In this document: positions 29,298 to 39,044 of the stretch, piece by piece
Position numbering within the stretch: position 1 is the first letter of the stretch
How the letters are laid out: each line of letters starts with the position of its first letter
Assembly (NCBI GenBank): GCA_963836205.1
Contig: CAWIIV010000006.1
Coordinates: 608,001 to 672,000, forward strand
Reading direction: 5' to 3'
From: an uncultured Acidimicrobiia bacterium
GTDB lineage: Bacteria > Actinomycetota > Acidimicrobiia > Acidimicrobiales > AC-14
DNA length: 64,000 nucleotides
Made by a program: the position numbers and the translations under genes
Notes under the pieces: model-generated
Seen by the model: only the letters and a program-made list of their open reading frames with translations
Database searches by the model: none
What the model was told of the DNA's origin: nothing

Positions 29298-29942
29298 GTG
29301 GATGACTCGGGTGGGCGAGGATCGTGGCGGCGCGTTCTGTTTGTGGGGTTGCCGGTCGTGGTGGTCTTGGCGGGGATCGTGGGGCTCGTCGCCGCGCTCA
29401 CCGGTGGGGACGATGACGCCACAGTCCGCACCAGTCAGTCGACCGTCACCACCGCCGCGACCTCGTCCACCGATGTCCCCGGCGGGCAGCCGGCGACAAC
29501 CGTCACGACGACGGCCGGATCGGTGGCAGCACCCACGACGGTGGGCACCGCACCGGAGCAGTCGGTGACGACCACTACGCCCGCGGCGACGCCCGGTGGC
29601 GCTCGGGTGCAGGTGAAGTTCGTGGACGGGTCGGGCGTCCGGCTCCGGGACGGGCGCCTGGTGAGTGAGACCGGGCAGGACCTGAGCGCTCTCGACGGCG
29701 TGCTCGCCGACTACCCGGGTGTGACCATCGAGCGCCTGTTCCAGCGTCCCGAGGAAGACCTGGCCGCGGAGCGGGCGGCGGCCGAGGCCCGTACCGGTCT
29801 CCCCCAGCCCGACCTGAACCTCTACTACCGCCTGACGGTGGCCGAGGGGGTCGACGCCAGCGGCTTCATCGGCGAGCTCGAGGGCGTGGCGGTTGTCGAC
29901 CGGGCCTACCTCGACCCGGGCGCGGCACCACCCCCGGGGTAA
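29298..29942 (+). CDS. Membrane-anchored protein consisting of a stand-alone S8 propeptide-like domain; start approximate
   Basis: TM helix, Thr-rich linker, and a C-terminal ~110 aa alignable to the prodomain of the next gene. Confidence 0.8.
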   Translation: MDDSGGRGSWRRVLFVGLPVVVVLAGIVGLVAALTGGDDDATVRTSQSTVTTAATSSTDVPGGQPATTVTTTAGSVAAPTTVGTAPEQSVTTTTPAATPGGARVQVKFVDGSGVRLRDGRLVSETGQDLSALDGVLADYPGVTIERLFQRPEEDLAAERAAAEARTGLPQPDLNLYYRLTVAEGVDASGFIGELEGVAVVDRAYLDPGAAPPPG

Positions 29943-29984
29943 ACGTTGGCTTCAGAGCGGCGGGACGACCAGAGGAGCGGAAGG

Positions 29985-31919
29985 ATGCAAGGCATGCGAC
30001 TTCACCGAGGGCGCCACCTCGCCGCACTGGCACTGGCGTTGGCTTTGGCGCTGGCCACGATCACGCCCGGGATGGCGTCGAGCGCGGGCGCGGGCACGCA
30101 GACTCCGCCCGGCCCGTCACAGGCGCTCGAGCCTCGGATCGACACGGCCAAGGCCGCCCTCGCGTCCCAGCCGGTCGACCCGTCGAACCGGTCGGTCATC
30201 GTCAAGTTCCGGGAGGGGACGGGCGTTCGCCTGAATGGGGGGTCGCTGACGTCCTCCACCGATGTCTCCGGCGTGACGGCGGTCCTGGCCAAGTACCCCG
30301 GAACCACGGTGGCCCGCCTGTTCCGGCGGCCGGCGGCCGATCTGGCCCAGGAGAAGGCGCGGGTGGAGAGCCGTACCCGCCGCCAGCAGGCCGATCTCAA
30401 CCTCTACTTCCGCCTCGTGGCGCCGGAAGGGGCCGACGTCGCTGCCCTCATCGCCGACCTCAACGCTCTACCTGTGGTCGAGGCCGCCTACAGCGAGCCC
30501 AAGGCGGTGGCACCCCCCGTGACGCCCGACTTCACCGGCCAGCAGGGCTACCGGCAGACGGCGCCGGGCGGGATCGGTGCCGACCTGGTGTCCGCCCTGC
30601 CCGGGGGCAAGGGCCAGAACATCACCATCGCCGACATCGAATACAGCTGGAACGTCGACCACGAGGACCTGGCCAAGGCCCGGTTGGCCGGCGCCCTCAT
30701 CGCCAACGGCACGCCCGACGACCCGTTCGACGACAACGATCACGGCACCGCCGTCCTGGGCGAGATCGTCGGCGACGAGAACGCGTTCGGGGTAACCGGC
30801 ATCGTCAGCGCAGCCACCCTCCGGCTGGTCAACGCCAACACCACCGGCGGCTACGACCTGGCCAACGCCATCAGCCTCGCCACCGGCGCCCTCGCCGCAG
30901 GCGACGTCATCCTCATCGAGCAGCAGACCACCGGTCCCAACGGTGGGTGCGACGCGGTGAGCCAGGTCGGGTGCGCACCAGTGGAGTGGGTGCAGGCTTT
31001 CTACGACGCCATCGTGCTGGCCACCGGCGCAGGCATCATCGTGGTGGAGGCAGCCGGTAACGGCACCCAGGACCTCGACTCCGCGCCGTACAACCCCCTG
31101 AACGCCAGGACCGACTCCGGCGCCATCATGGTGGGCGCCGGTGGTGCCCCCGGATGCACCGCCCCCGCCCGGGGTCGACTCGACTTCTCCAACTTCGGCG
31201 CCCGGGTCAACCTCCAGGGCTGGGGGGAATGCGTCGTCACCACCGGATACGGCGACCTCCAGGGCGGCGCCGACCCCAACGTCTGGTACACCGACACCTT
31301 CGGCGGCACGTCCAGCGCATCCCCGATCGTGGCCGGAGCGGCCGGCGTCGTGTCGAGCATCGCCCAGCAGCGAGGCGTCACCCTCACACCCCAGCAGGTC
31401 CGCACCCTCCTGCGGGACACAGGGACGCCCCAGGAGCTCGGCATGTCCGCCCTCACCGGCAACATCGGGCCCCTCCCCAACCTCTTCCGTGCCACCCAGA
31501 GCTTCAGCTGCTCGACGCCCCCGCCGGCCACCATCACCGCGGTGGCCGGGGTGATCACCATCGGCACCCCGGGCGACGACGTCATCATGGGGACCGGCGG
31601 CGCCGACCGGATGGCGGGTATGGGCGGGAACGACACCGTCATCGGCGGAGGCGGCGACGACGAGCTCCAGGGCGGGGAGGGCAACGACACCCTGTGCGGC
31701 GGCGCCGGAAACGACCGGATCACCGGTGGCAACGGCAACGACCACCTCCAGGGCGACGGGCAGAACGACGACCTGACCGGCGGGGCCAACGACGACGTCC
31801 TCCTCGGCGGGTCCGGGGTCGACCGCCTCACCGGCGACGCCGGTACCGACCGCTGCCTGGCCGGCGGTCAGGTCGGCGACGTTTCCGCGCCCGCGCCCTT
31901 GTGCGACATCCTCGTGTGA
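29985..31919 (+). CDS. Secreted S8 (subtilisin-like) serine peptidase with RTX/hemolysin-type Ca-binding repeats
   Basis: Catalytic triad motifs ADIEYSW, DHGTAVLG, GGTSSASP; oxyanion AAGNG; GGxGxD repeats. Confidence 0.93.
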   Translation: MQGMRLHRGRHLAALALALALALATITPGMASSAGAGTQTPPGPSQALEPRIDTAKAALASQPVDPSNRSVIVKFREGTGVRLNGGSLTSSTDVSGVTAVLAKYPGTTVARLFRRPAADLAQEKARVESRTRRQQADLNLYFRLVAPEGADVAALIADLNALPVVEAAYSEPKAVAPPVTPDFTGQQGYRQTAPGGIGADLVSALPGGKGQNITIADIEYSWNVDHEDLAKARLAGALIANGTPDDPFDDNDHGTAVLGEIVGDENAFGVTGIVSAATLRLVNANTTGGYDLANAISLATGALAAGDVILIEQQTTGPNGGCDAVSQVGCAPVEWVQAFYDAIVLATGAGIIVVEAAGNGTQDLDSAPYNPLNARTDSGAIMVGAGGAPGCTAPARGRLDFSNFGARVNLQGWGECVVTTGYGDLQGGADPNVWYTDTFGGTSSASPIVAGAAGVVSSIAQQRGVTLTPQQVRTLLRDTGTPQELGMSALTGNIGPLPNLFRATQSFSCSTPPPATITAVAGVITIGTPGDDVIMGTGGADRMAGMGGNDTVIGGGGDDELQGGEGNDTLCGGAGNDRITGGNGNDHLQGDGQNDDLTGGANDDVLLGGSGVDRLTGDAGTDRCLAGGQVGDVSAPAPLCDILV

Positions 31920-31966
31920 CGGCCGCCTCCCGGGTGCCCGGTGGGCGGCGCCGCTAGGCTCGGGGG

Positions 31967-32467
31967 ATGGACCTGCCGCCCCCGGTGCAGGACCCGGAAC
32001 GACGTGAAGACGGTGACGATCCGGACCGCCGGCTGGCGGCCGTGGAGGCCGGACTCATCGCCCTGGGCGCCCGCTTGGAACAGCTGGAGGCGTCGCTGCA
32101 ACAGGCGGTGCGGGAAGAAACCCGGCGGGCGTCGAACGAGATCCGCCACACGGTGAGCGAGCTCGGGCGCCGCCTGGCGCTCGATCTCCCCCAGTTCCTC
32201 GACCGCCACCGCCAGCTGATCGTGGGCGAGCTCCGGGGCGGCGGGTCGGCAGGGGGCGAGTCGGCAGCACCCGGGTCACCCGGGTCGGCCGGGGCGGCCG
32301 GGGCGACCGCGGCCTCCCCCTTCTCCGCCGCCGGCGGGCCGAACGCGTCCCCGTCGACGATCGGCGCAGAGGCCGGCGGTGACGCCGGGTCCGACGGTGA
32401 CGACGACCCGTCGTCCGACGACACCGGCGGTGGCCGTCGCAAGCGCCGGCGGCGCAAGGAAGGCTGA
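31967..32467 (+). CDS. Hypothetical coiled-coil protein
   Basis: LAAVEAGLIALGARLEQLEASLQQ; directly precedes the GT4 cluster. Confidence 0.6.
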   Translation: MDLPPPVQDPERREDGDDPDRRLAAVEAGLIALGARLEQLEASLQQAVREETRRASNEIRHTVSELGRRLALDLPQFLDRHRQLIVGELRGGGSAGGESAAPGSPGSAGAAGATAASPFSAAGGPNASPSTIGAEAGGDAGSDGDDDPSSDDTGGGRRKRRRRKEG

Positions 32468-32472
32468 CCGGG

Positions 32473-33579
32473 TTGCGGATCGGCTTCGACGGCACCCCCC
32501 TGCTCGGGCGCAAGACCGGCGTGGGGTGGTACACCCACGAGCTCATCGACGCCATCGCCCTCCTGGCGCCGGACGACGACATGGTCGTCTTCCCCATCTC
32601 CTGGCGCACCGCCCGCTACCTCAACCTCGACCCGCCCCACCGACCCAACGTCGGCGTGGAGCGCAAGCTGGCCCCGGCCCGCCCGCTGTGGGCGATGTGG
32701 GACCGGGTCCCGTTCCCGCCCGTCGAGTGGCTGGTCGACTGCGACGTCTTCCACGCCACCAACTTCATCGCCCCCCCGTCGCGGAAGGTGCCGGTGGTGG
32801 TCACCGTCCACGACATCGGCTTCGTCCATCACCCGGCCGACGTTTCGCCCGGCGTGCGGCGGATGGCCCGGCTCCTGCCCCAGATCCTGTCCCGGGCGGC
32901 GGCGGTGATCACCGTCTCCGAGTTCACCCGCGACGAGCTGCTCGAGTGGCAGCCCCACCTCGCCGACCGGATCACGGTCATCCCCAACGGGAGCCATCAC
33001 CGGGCCAAGGCCGTCGACGGGGTGTCGTCCACCGCCGTCGGCGCGCCCTACGCCCTCATGCTGGGCACGCTCGAGCCCCGCAAGAACCTCCCCCTCGCCC
33101 TCGACGCCCTCAGCATCCTCCGCCGGCGGGGCGTCGACCTGCGGCTGGTGTTGGCCGGCGGGCGCAGCACCCTCATCGACCTCCCGGCCATGCTGGCCGA
33201 GCGGGGGCTCGGCAGTCCCGAAGTCATCTGCACCGGCTACATCGACGACGCCCGGGTCGCCTCGCTGCTCGCCAACGCACGGATGCTCGTGTTTCCGTCC
33301 CTGTACGAGGGGTTCGGGATGCCGCTGCTGGAGGCGATGCAGGTGGGGGTGCCGGTGGTGGCCGCCCGGGCCGGGGCCTCGCCGGAGACGGTGGGCGACG
33401 CCGGGCTGCTGGTGGAGCCGGGCGACGCCGAGGGCTTTGCCGACGCCATGGCCCAGCTCGTCTTCGACGACGAGCTGCGCACCACGCTCATCAAGAAGGG
33501 CCTGGCCCGGGAGGCCGAGTTCACGTGGGAACGGGCCGCCGCCGCCTGCCTCCGCCTCTACCGACAGGTGGTCGCCTGA
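32473..33579 (+). CDS. GT4 glycosyltransferase
   Basis: TVHD, GTLEPRKN, PSLYEGFGMPLLEAM. Confidence 0.93.
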   Translation: MRIGFDGTPLLGRKTGVGWYTHELIDAIALLAPDDDMVVFPISWRTARYLNLDPPHRPNVGVERKLAPARPLWAMWDRVPFPPVEWLVDCDVFHATNFIAPPSRKVPVVVTVHDIGFVHHPADVSPGVRRMARLLPQILSRAAAVITVSEFTRDELLEWQPHLADRITVIPNGSHHRAKAVDGVSSTAVGAPYALMLGTLEPRKNLPLALDALSILRRRGVDLRLVLAGGRSTLIDLPAMLAERGLGSPEVICTGYIDDARVASLLANARMLVFPSLYEGFGMPLLEAMQVGVPVVAARAGASPETVGDAGLLVEPGDAEGFADAMAQLVFDDELRTTLIKKGLAREAEFTWERAAAACLRLYRQVVA

Positions 33580-34670
33580 CGCCGACGGGGCCGCTCGACG
33601 TCGTCCTGGTGGCCGACCAACTGCGGCGTCCGGTCCCAGGGGGGATCGGGACCTACGTCCGGGGACTGGTGGCGGGGCTCCGGGCGGCCGGTCCGGAGGC
33701 GGTCGACGTCACCCTGTGGACGGGACGCGCCCCCGCGGGTGTCGACCCCCTGGCCGACCTCGGGCGGGTCATGGCCTCGAACCTGCCCGGTCCCGCCTTG
33801 ACCCGTTTCTGGGACCGGGGGCTGTGCCGCCCGCCGGCGGGCGCCGACGTCGTGCACGCCACGTCGCTGGCCGTACCCCCGTCGGGACCGGCGCCGATGA
33901 CGGTGATGGTGCACGACCTGGCCTGGCGCCACGAGCCCGACGCCTTCCCCCGGCGGGGCCGGGAGTGGCACGAGGCCGCCCTGGCCCGGGCCCGGCAGCG
34001 GGCGGCCCTGCTGGTGGCCCCGTCTGCGGCCACGGCCGACGACCTGGCCGCGGCCGGCGTCCCCCAGGACAAAGTGGCGGTGATCGAGGAGGGATGTGAC
34101 CACCTGGCCCCGCCCGACCACGACGGGGCGGCCAAACTGCTGGCCGACCTGGGCGTCGGCGCCGGTGGTCGGTACCTGCTCACGGTGTCGACCCTCGAAC
34201 CGCGCAAGAACCTCGATCGCCTGCTCGCGGCCTACGCCCTGGCCCGGCCCCGCCTGCCCGAGCCCTGGCCCCTGGTCGTGGTCGGACCCGCCGGCTGGGG
34301 CCCGGCCCTGCTCCCCCAGCCATCCGTGTTGCTGGCGGGAGCGGTCGACGGGGGAGTGCTCTCCGCCCTGTATGCGGGGGCGCGACTGGTGGCGTACGTC
34401 CCCCGCCGGGAGGGATGGGGGCTGCCGGCGGTGGAGGCGATGGCCTGCGGGACGCCGGTGGTGGCCACGCCGATGCCGAGCACCGGGGGGGCCGCGTTCG
34501 AGGTCGCCCCCGGCGACATGGACGAGATCGCCGCGGGGCTGGTGGCGGTGGCGAGCGACGAGGGGCTGCGGGCGCGGCTGGTGGAGTCGGGGCGGCGGCG
34601 GGCAGCCGGGCTCACGTGGGCCGCCGCCGCCGCCCGCCACCTCGAGTTGTGGCGGGGCCTGGCCCGGTGA
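33576..34670 (+). CDS. GT4 glycosyltransferase; probable CTG start
   Basis: VVLVADQLRRPVPGGIGTY, STLEPRKN, EGWGLPAVEAMACG. Confidence 0.9.
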   Translation: MTPTGPLDVVLVADQLRRPVPGGIGTYVRGLVAGLRAAGPEAVDVTLWTGRAPAGVDPLADLGRVMASNLPGPALTRFWDRGLCRPPAGADVVHATSLAVPPSGPAPMTVMVHDLAWRHEPDAFPRRGREWHEAALARARQRAALLVAPSAATADDLAAAGVPQDKVAVIEEGCDHLAPPDHDGAAKLLADLGVGAGGRYLLTVSTLEPRKNLDRLLAAYALARPRLPEPWPLVVVGPAGWGPALLPQPSVLLAGAVDGGVLSALYAGARLVAYVPRREGWGLPAVEAMACGTPVVATPMPSTGGAAFEVAPGDMDEIAAGLVAVASDEGLRARLVESGRRRAAGLTWAAAAARHLELWRGLAR

Positions 34671-34758
34671 ACACCTCGTGCGGCCGGTGAGCGCACGTGG
34701 CGACCCGTTCGCGCCACTGTCGGCCGGAGCGGGGATGGACCCTGACCGGGACGGGGCG

Positions 34759-35907
34759 ATGACGGGGCCGGTGCGGGTGAGCATGGATGCCACTGCGGTC
34801 CCGGCCAAGCCGGGGGGCGCGGGACGGTACGTCCTCAACCTCGTGGCCGAACTCATCCGGCCTGAGATGCACGACGACGTCGAGGTCACCGTCGTCTGCC
34901 GCCACGGTGATCGGGCCCGGTGGGAGGCGCGGGCGGGGGCGGGCCGGGTGGTCGACACCGCACCCACCCGCCGTCCCGTCCGCCTGGCGTGGGAGCAGAC
35001 CGCGCTCCCCCGGCTGCTCAACCGCATGCCCGTCGACGTCCACCACGGTCCCCACTACACGATGCCCGTGGCGGCGCGAGGTCCGAGCGTGGTCACGGTC
35101 CACGACCTCTCGTTCTTCTCGCACCCCGAATGGCACCAGTCCACCAAGGTCGCCTTCTTCCGGGGGGCCATCCGGGTGGCGGCGGCTCGGGCGGCGGCCA
35201 TCGTCGCCGTGAGCCAGGCCACCGCCGACCGCCTTCAGGATCGGGCCCGCACCCGCGGGCCGGTGTACGTCATCCCCCACGGTGTCGACCACGACCGTTT
35301 CCGCCCGCCGGCTGGTCCCGAGGAGGTGGAGGCCGACATCGACGCCCGCCAGCGGCTGGGTATCGAGCCGCACCAGCCCTATATCGCCTTCGTCGGGACC
35401 CTCGAGCCCCGCAAGGACGTGCCCTCGCTCGTCCGGGCCTTCGACCTGATCGCGGCCGGCCACCCCGACACCGTTCTCGTGCTCGCCGGCCAACGCGGAT
35501 GGGGCGTCGACGCGGTGGAGGCGGCGATCGTCACCGCCCGCTCCCGCGCCCGCATCACGGTGGCCGGCTACGTGACCGAGGACGAGAACGTCGCCCTCCT
35601 GCGGGGGGCGGCGGTGGTGGCCTACCCGTCACTGGAGGAGGGCTTCGGGCTCCCTGCCCTCGAGACGATGGCGTGCGGCGCGCCCCTGGTGACGACGTCG
35701 GGCTCGGCCATGGAGGAGGTGGTAGGCACGGCCGCCCTCCTGGTCACCCCCGGCGACACCGTGGCCCTGGCCGAGGCCCTGGAGGCCAGCCTGGCCGGCG
35801 ACCCCGACGTCGCCCGCCGCCGGTCGGAGGGACTCGAGATCGCCGCCCGCCACACGTGGTCCGCGTGCGCCCGGCGCCATGTCGAGGTCTACCGGTGGGT
35901 TGGATAG
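34759..35907 (+). CDS. GT4 glycosyltransferase
   Basis: GGAGRY, GTLEPRKD, PSLEEGFGLPALE. Confidence 0.92.
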   Translation: MTGPVRVSMDATAVPAKPGGAGRYVLNLVAELIRPEMHDDVEVTVVCRHGDRARWEARAGAGRVVDTAPTRRPVRLAWEQTALPRLLNRMPVDVHHGPHYTMPVAARGPSVVTVHDLSFFSHPEWHQSTKVAFFRGAIRVAAARAAAIVAVSQATADRLQDRARTRGPVYVIPHGVDHDRFRPPAGPEEVEADIDARQRLGIEPHQPYIAFVGTLEPRKDVPSLVRAFDLIAAGHPDTVLVLAGQRGWGVDAVEAAIVTARSRARITVAGYVTEDENVALLRGAAVVAYPSLEEGFGLPALETMACGAPLVTTSGSAMEEVVGTAALLVTPGDTVALAEALEASLAGDPDVARRRSEGLEIAARHTWSACARRHVEVYRWVG

Positions 35908-36045
35908 GCCACCGCGGCCTGGCCCGACGGCTCAGACGGGACGAGGAGCGGGGTGCCGAGGAGAGGTTGAGGCGATCCCGGCTCCCGTTTCGGGAAAGCC
36001 GCCCGGCCGGGACCTCAACTCCCGTGGAGCCAGGTGGCTTCGGGA

Positions 36046-36861
36046 CTACCGGCTGCGGAGCTTGGACAGGAGGCGGAGCAGCTCCAGGTAGAGCCACACG
36101 ATGGTGACGACCAGGCCGAAGGCGCCGTACCACTCCATGTACTTGGGTGCGCCCTTGGCCGCGCCCTGCTCGATGAAGTCGAAGTCGAGGACCAGGTTGA
36201 GGGACGCGATCACCACCACCGCCAGGCTGAAGAGGATCCCGACAGGGCCGCTGTCGTGGATCATCGGCACGTCGACCCCGAACAGCCCCAACACCAGGCT
36301 GACCATGTAGACGACGAACACCGCGCCGGTGGCGGCCACGATGCCCATCCGCAGCTTGTCGGTGACCTTGATGACCCGGGTGGCGTAGAGGAACAGCAGC
36401 AGGCCGAACACGGCCAGCGTCAGCCCCACCGCCTGGACGACGATGCCGTCGTAGGCGAGGTTGTAGACGTGGGAGATGGCGCCCAGCAGGAAACCCTCGA
36501 CCAGGGCGTAGACGGGGGCGGTGAAGCGGGCCAGCTTGGGCTTGAAGACGGTGAGGATGGCGATCCCGAGGCCCACCAGCACCGCCGGCAGGAGCCAGCC
36601 GGGCACCTGGACGCCCTCGGGGGAGGGGCTCACCTGGGCCCATCCGACCCATCCCGCAGCCAGGAGGAGCACCAGCAGGACGCCGGCTGCGCTGACGGTA
36701 CCGCCGATGGTCATTGTCTCGAACGACGCCGGTGGGGTCCAGGGCGAGACCTGGTCGTCGACCGGCGGGCGGGTGCTGCGGCCCCCGGCGCCGGCGGCCC
36801 GCGCCTCCTCGATCTGGCGGTTGAAGACCTTTTCGTTCAGGGCCGGATTGCTCGTGCGCAT
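36046..36861 (-). CDS. Bax inhibitor-1/YccA-family membrane protein
   Basis: MRTSNPAL, LVLDFDFIEQG..GAPKYMEWYGAFGL..WLYLELLRLL. Confidence 0.92.
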   Translation of the reverse strand: MRTSNPALNEKVFNRQIEEARAAGAGGRSTRPPVDDQVSPWTPPASFETMTIGGTVSAAGVLLVLLLAAGWVGWAQVSPSPEGVQVPGWLLPAVLVGLGIAILTVFKPKLARFTAPVYALVEGFLLGAISHVYNLAYDGIVVQAVGLTLAVFGLLLFLYATRVIKVTDKLRMGIVAATGAVFVVYMVSLVLGLFGVDVPMIHDSGPVGILFSLAVVVIASLNLVLDFDFIEQGAAKGAPKYMEWYGAFGLVVTIVWLYLELLRLLSKLRSR

Positions 36862-36890
36862 GGCAGGAAGGATACCGCCGAAGGCCCTCG

Positions 36891-37103
36891 TCAGTGAGGG
36901 CGGCGGCTGCGCCAGGCGGTGATCAGCTGCTCCCGCCACACCAGGACGGCGATCAGCGAGATCGTGCCCGCAGCCACCGCGCTGAGGACGAGCGGCTCGT
37001 TGTCGACCACCAGGCCGATCAGGAGCAGGACCGTCCCGATCACGCCGAACACGACCGAGGTGATCAGCGCGGGCGGGGATCGTCGGGCTTCGCTGAGGTC
37101 CAC
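36891..37103 (-). CDS. Small two-TM hypothetical protein
   Basis: 70 aa with two hydrophobic helices, co-directional with the YccA gene. Confidence 0.65.
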   Translation of the reverse strand: MDLSEARRSPPALITSVVFGVIGTVLLLIGLVVDNEPLVLSAVAAGTISLIAVLVWREQLITAWRSRRPH

Positions 37104-37186
37104 CCGGTGATGGTCCCAGACCGGGTGGGCGGACGTCGACCCTCGGCCGGCGCACCGTGTTCCGCCGACTCCCTAGTGTCGCCCGG

Positions 37187-38986
37187 ATGAGTCCGAACCG
37201 GCCGGAGGGCCCGTCGAGCACGCCCGTCCTGGCGGTGCGCGACCTGGCCGTGGCCTACGGGGGGGACGGGTGCTGCGGGGGGTGACGATCGAGGTCGCCA
37301 CCGGGTCGGTGGTCGCCGTGGTCGGCGCCAGCGGGGCGGGCAAGACCACCCTCCTGCGGGCGGTCTCGGGCCTGCTCGGGTTCCACCGGGGGCGGATCGT
37401 GGCCGGGACGGTCGAGCTCGACGGGCGCCCGTCCACCGGCGACGACGCCGCCGGCATGGTCCGCCGGGGGGTGGCCCAGGTGATGGAAGGGGGCCGGGTC
37501 TTCCCCGGGCTCACGGTGGACGAGAACCTCCAGGCCGGTGCCGGGAGGGGTCGCGACAGGGAGGCGGCCGCCGCCACCCGCGCCCGGGTGCTGGAGCTGT
37601 TTCCCGTCCTCGCCACCCGGAGGCGGACGCCGGCCGGACGTCTCTCCGGCGGCGAGCGGCAGATGCTGGCGATCGGGCGCTCCCTCATGAGCTCGCCCCG
37701 CCTGCTGCTGCTCGACGAACCTTTCCTGGGGCTGGCGCCCCGGCTGGTGGAGCAGGTGCAGGCGTTCCTGGCCGAGATCAACGCCGGCGGCACCACCATC
37801 GTGGTCGCCGAGCAGAGCGCGGCGGCCGCCTTCGCCGTGGCCAGCCGGGCCTATGTCCTGGCCAACGGCACCATCGTGGCCGACGGACCCCCGGCCGAGC
37901 TCGGCGGACGGGACATCGGCCGCCTGTACCTGGGGGGCGACGCTCCCCTACCGGCCCCGGTGGGGGACGCCGGTCACCCGGCCGCCGTCGGGGACGCCGG
38001 GACAGTCGGGGCGCTCGGCGTCGGGCAGCCGGACGACCCGCCAACCGGTGACGGGTTCGGTCCCCTGGCGCCCGAAACCGTCACCAGTTCGCCACCCGTC
38101 GGAGCCTCCCGGGCGGACGAGCCGGACGACCCGGCAACCGGTGACGGGTTCGGTCCCCTGGCGCCCGAAACCGTCACCAGTTCGCCGCTGTTGAAGCTGG
38201 CCGGCGTCACGCTGCGCTTCGGCCCGGTGACCGCCCTCGACGACCTGTCCCTGCAGGTGGGGGCGGGTGAGATCGTCGCCGTCATCGGTCCCAACGGGGC
38301 GGGCAAGACGTCGGTGCTCAACTGCGTCAACCAGCTCTACCGGCCGGACCGGGGGAGCATCCGGCTCGACGGTGCCGAGTTGGTCGGGCGCCGGCCGTGG
38401 GACGTCGCCCGCCTGGGCGTCGCCCGCAGCTTCCAGCGGCCGGCCCTCTTCGGCCACCTCGACGTGGTCGGGAACCTCCTCGTCGGCCGCCACCGGCTGA
38501 TGGCGGGCGGCCTCATCGGCCCCGCCTTCGGGCTGCGCCGGTCACGGCGGGACGAGGCGAGCCACCGCCGCCGGTGCGAGGAGATCGTCGACCTCCTCGA
38601 GCTCGGCGCCTACCGGGTCCGGCCCGCAGGCGAGCTGCCCTACGGCATCGCCAAGGTGGTCGAACTGGGCCGGGCGCTGGCGATGGAGGCCCGACTGGTC
38701 CTGCTCGACGAGCCGTCGGCGGGACTGAACGAGGACGAGACCGACCACCTGGCCCGGTGCATCCTTTCCATGCGCCGGGACCGGGGCCTGGCCGTGCTCA
38801 TGGTGGAGCACCACGTGGGCCTGGTCGCCCGCCTCGCCGACCGGGTCGATCGTGCTCGACTCGGGCCGGACGGTGGCCGACGGCGTCCCGACGGAGGTGC
38901 TGGCCGACCCCGAGGTGGCCCGGGTCTACCTCGGCTCCCGCGCCGGCTCGGGCTCGGGCACAGCGGCGGGCGCAAGGCCCCGATGA
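37187..38986 (+). CDS. Fused LivF-LivG-type ABC ATPase with two NBDs; frameshifts at about 37262 and 38848
   Basis: GASGAGKT/LSGGE/LLLDEP and GPNGAGKT/LLDEP; the corrected C-terminus reads EVLADPEVARVYLG. Confidence 0.85.
38043..38182. repeat. REP-like palindrome family A, two copies in frame inside the ABC ATPase linker
   Basis: AACCGGTGACG...CGTCACCAGTT at 38043-38089 and 38136-38182 (93-bp period). Confidence 0.88.
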
Positions 38987-39044
38987 CTGGGGTGGCCCGG
39001 CTGCCCCGGCCGGACTCCGGCGCGGGCGCGGGCGTGGGTGCCCG

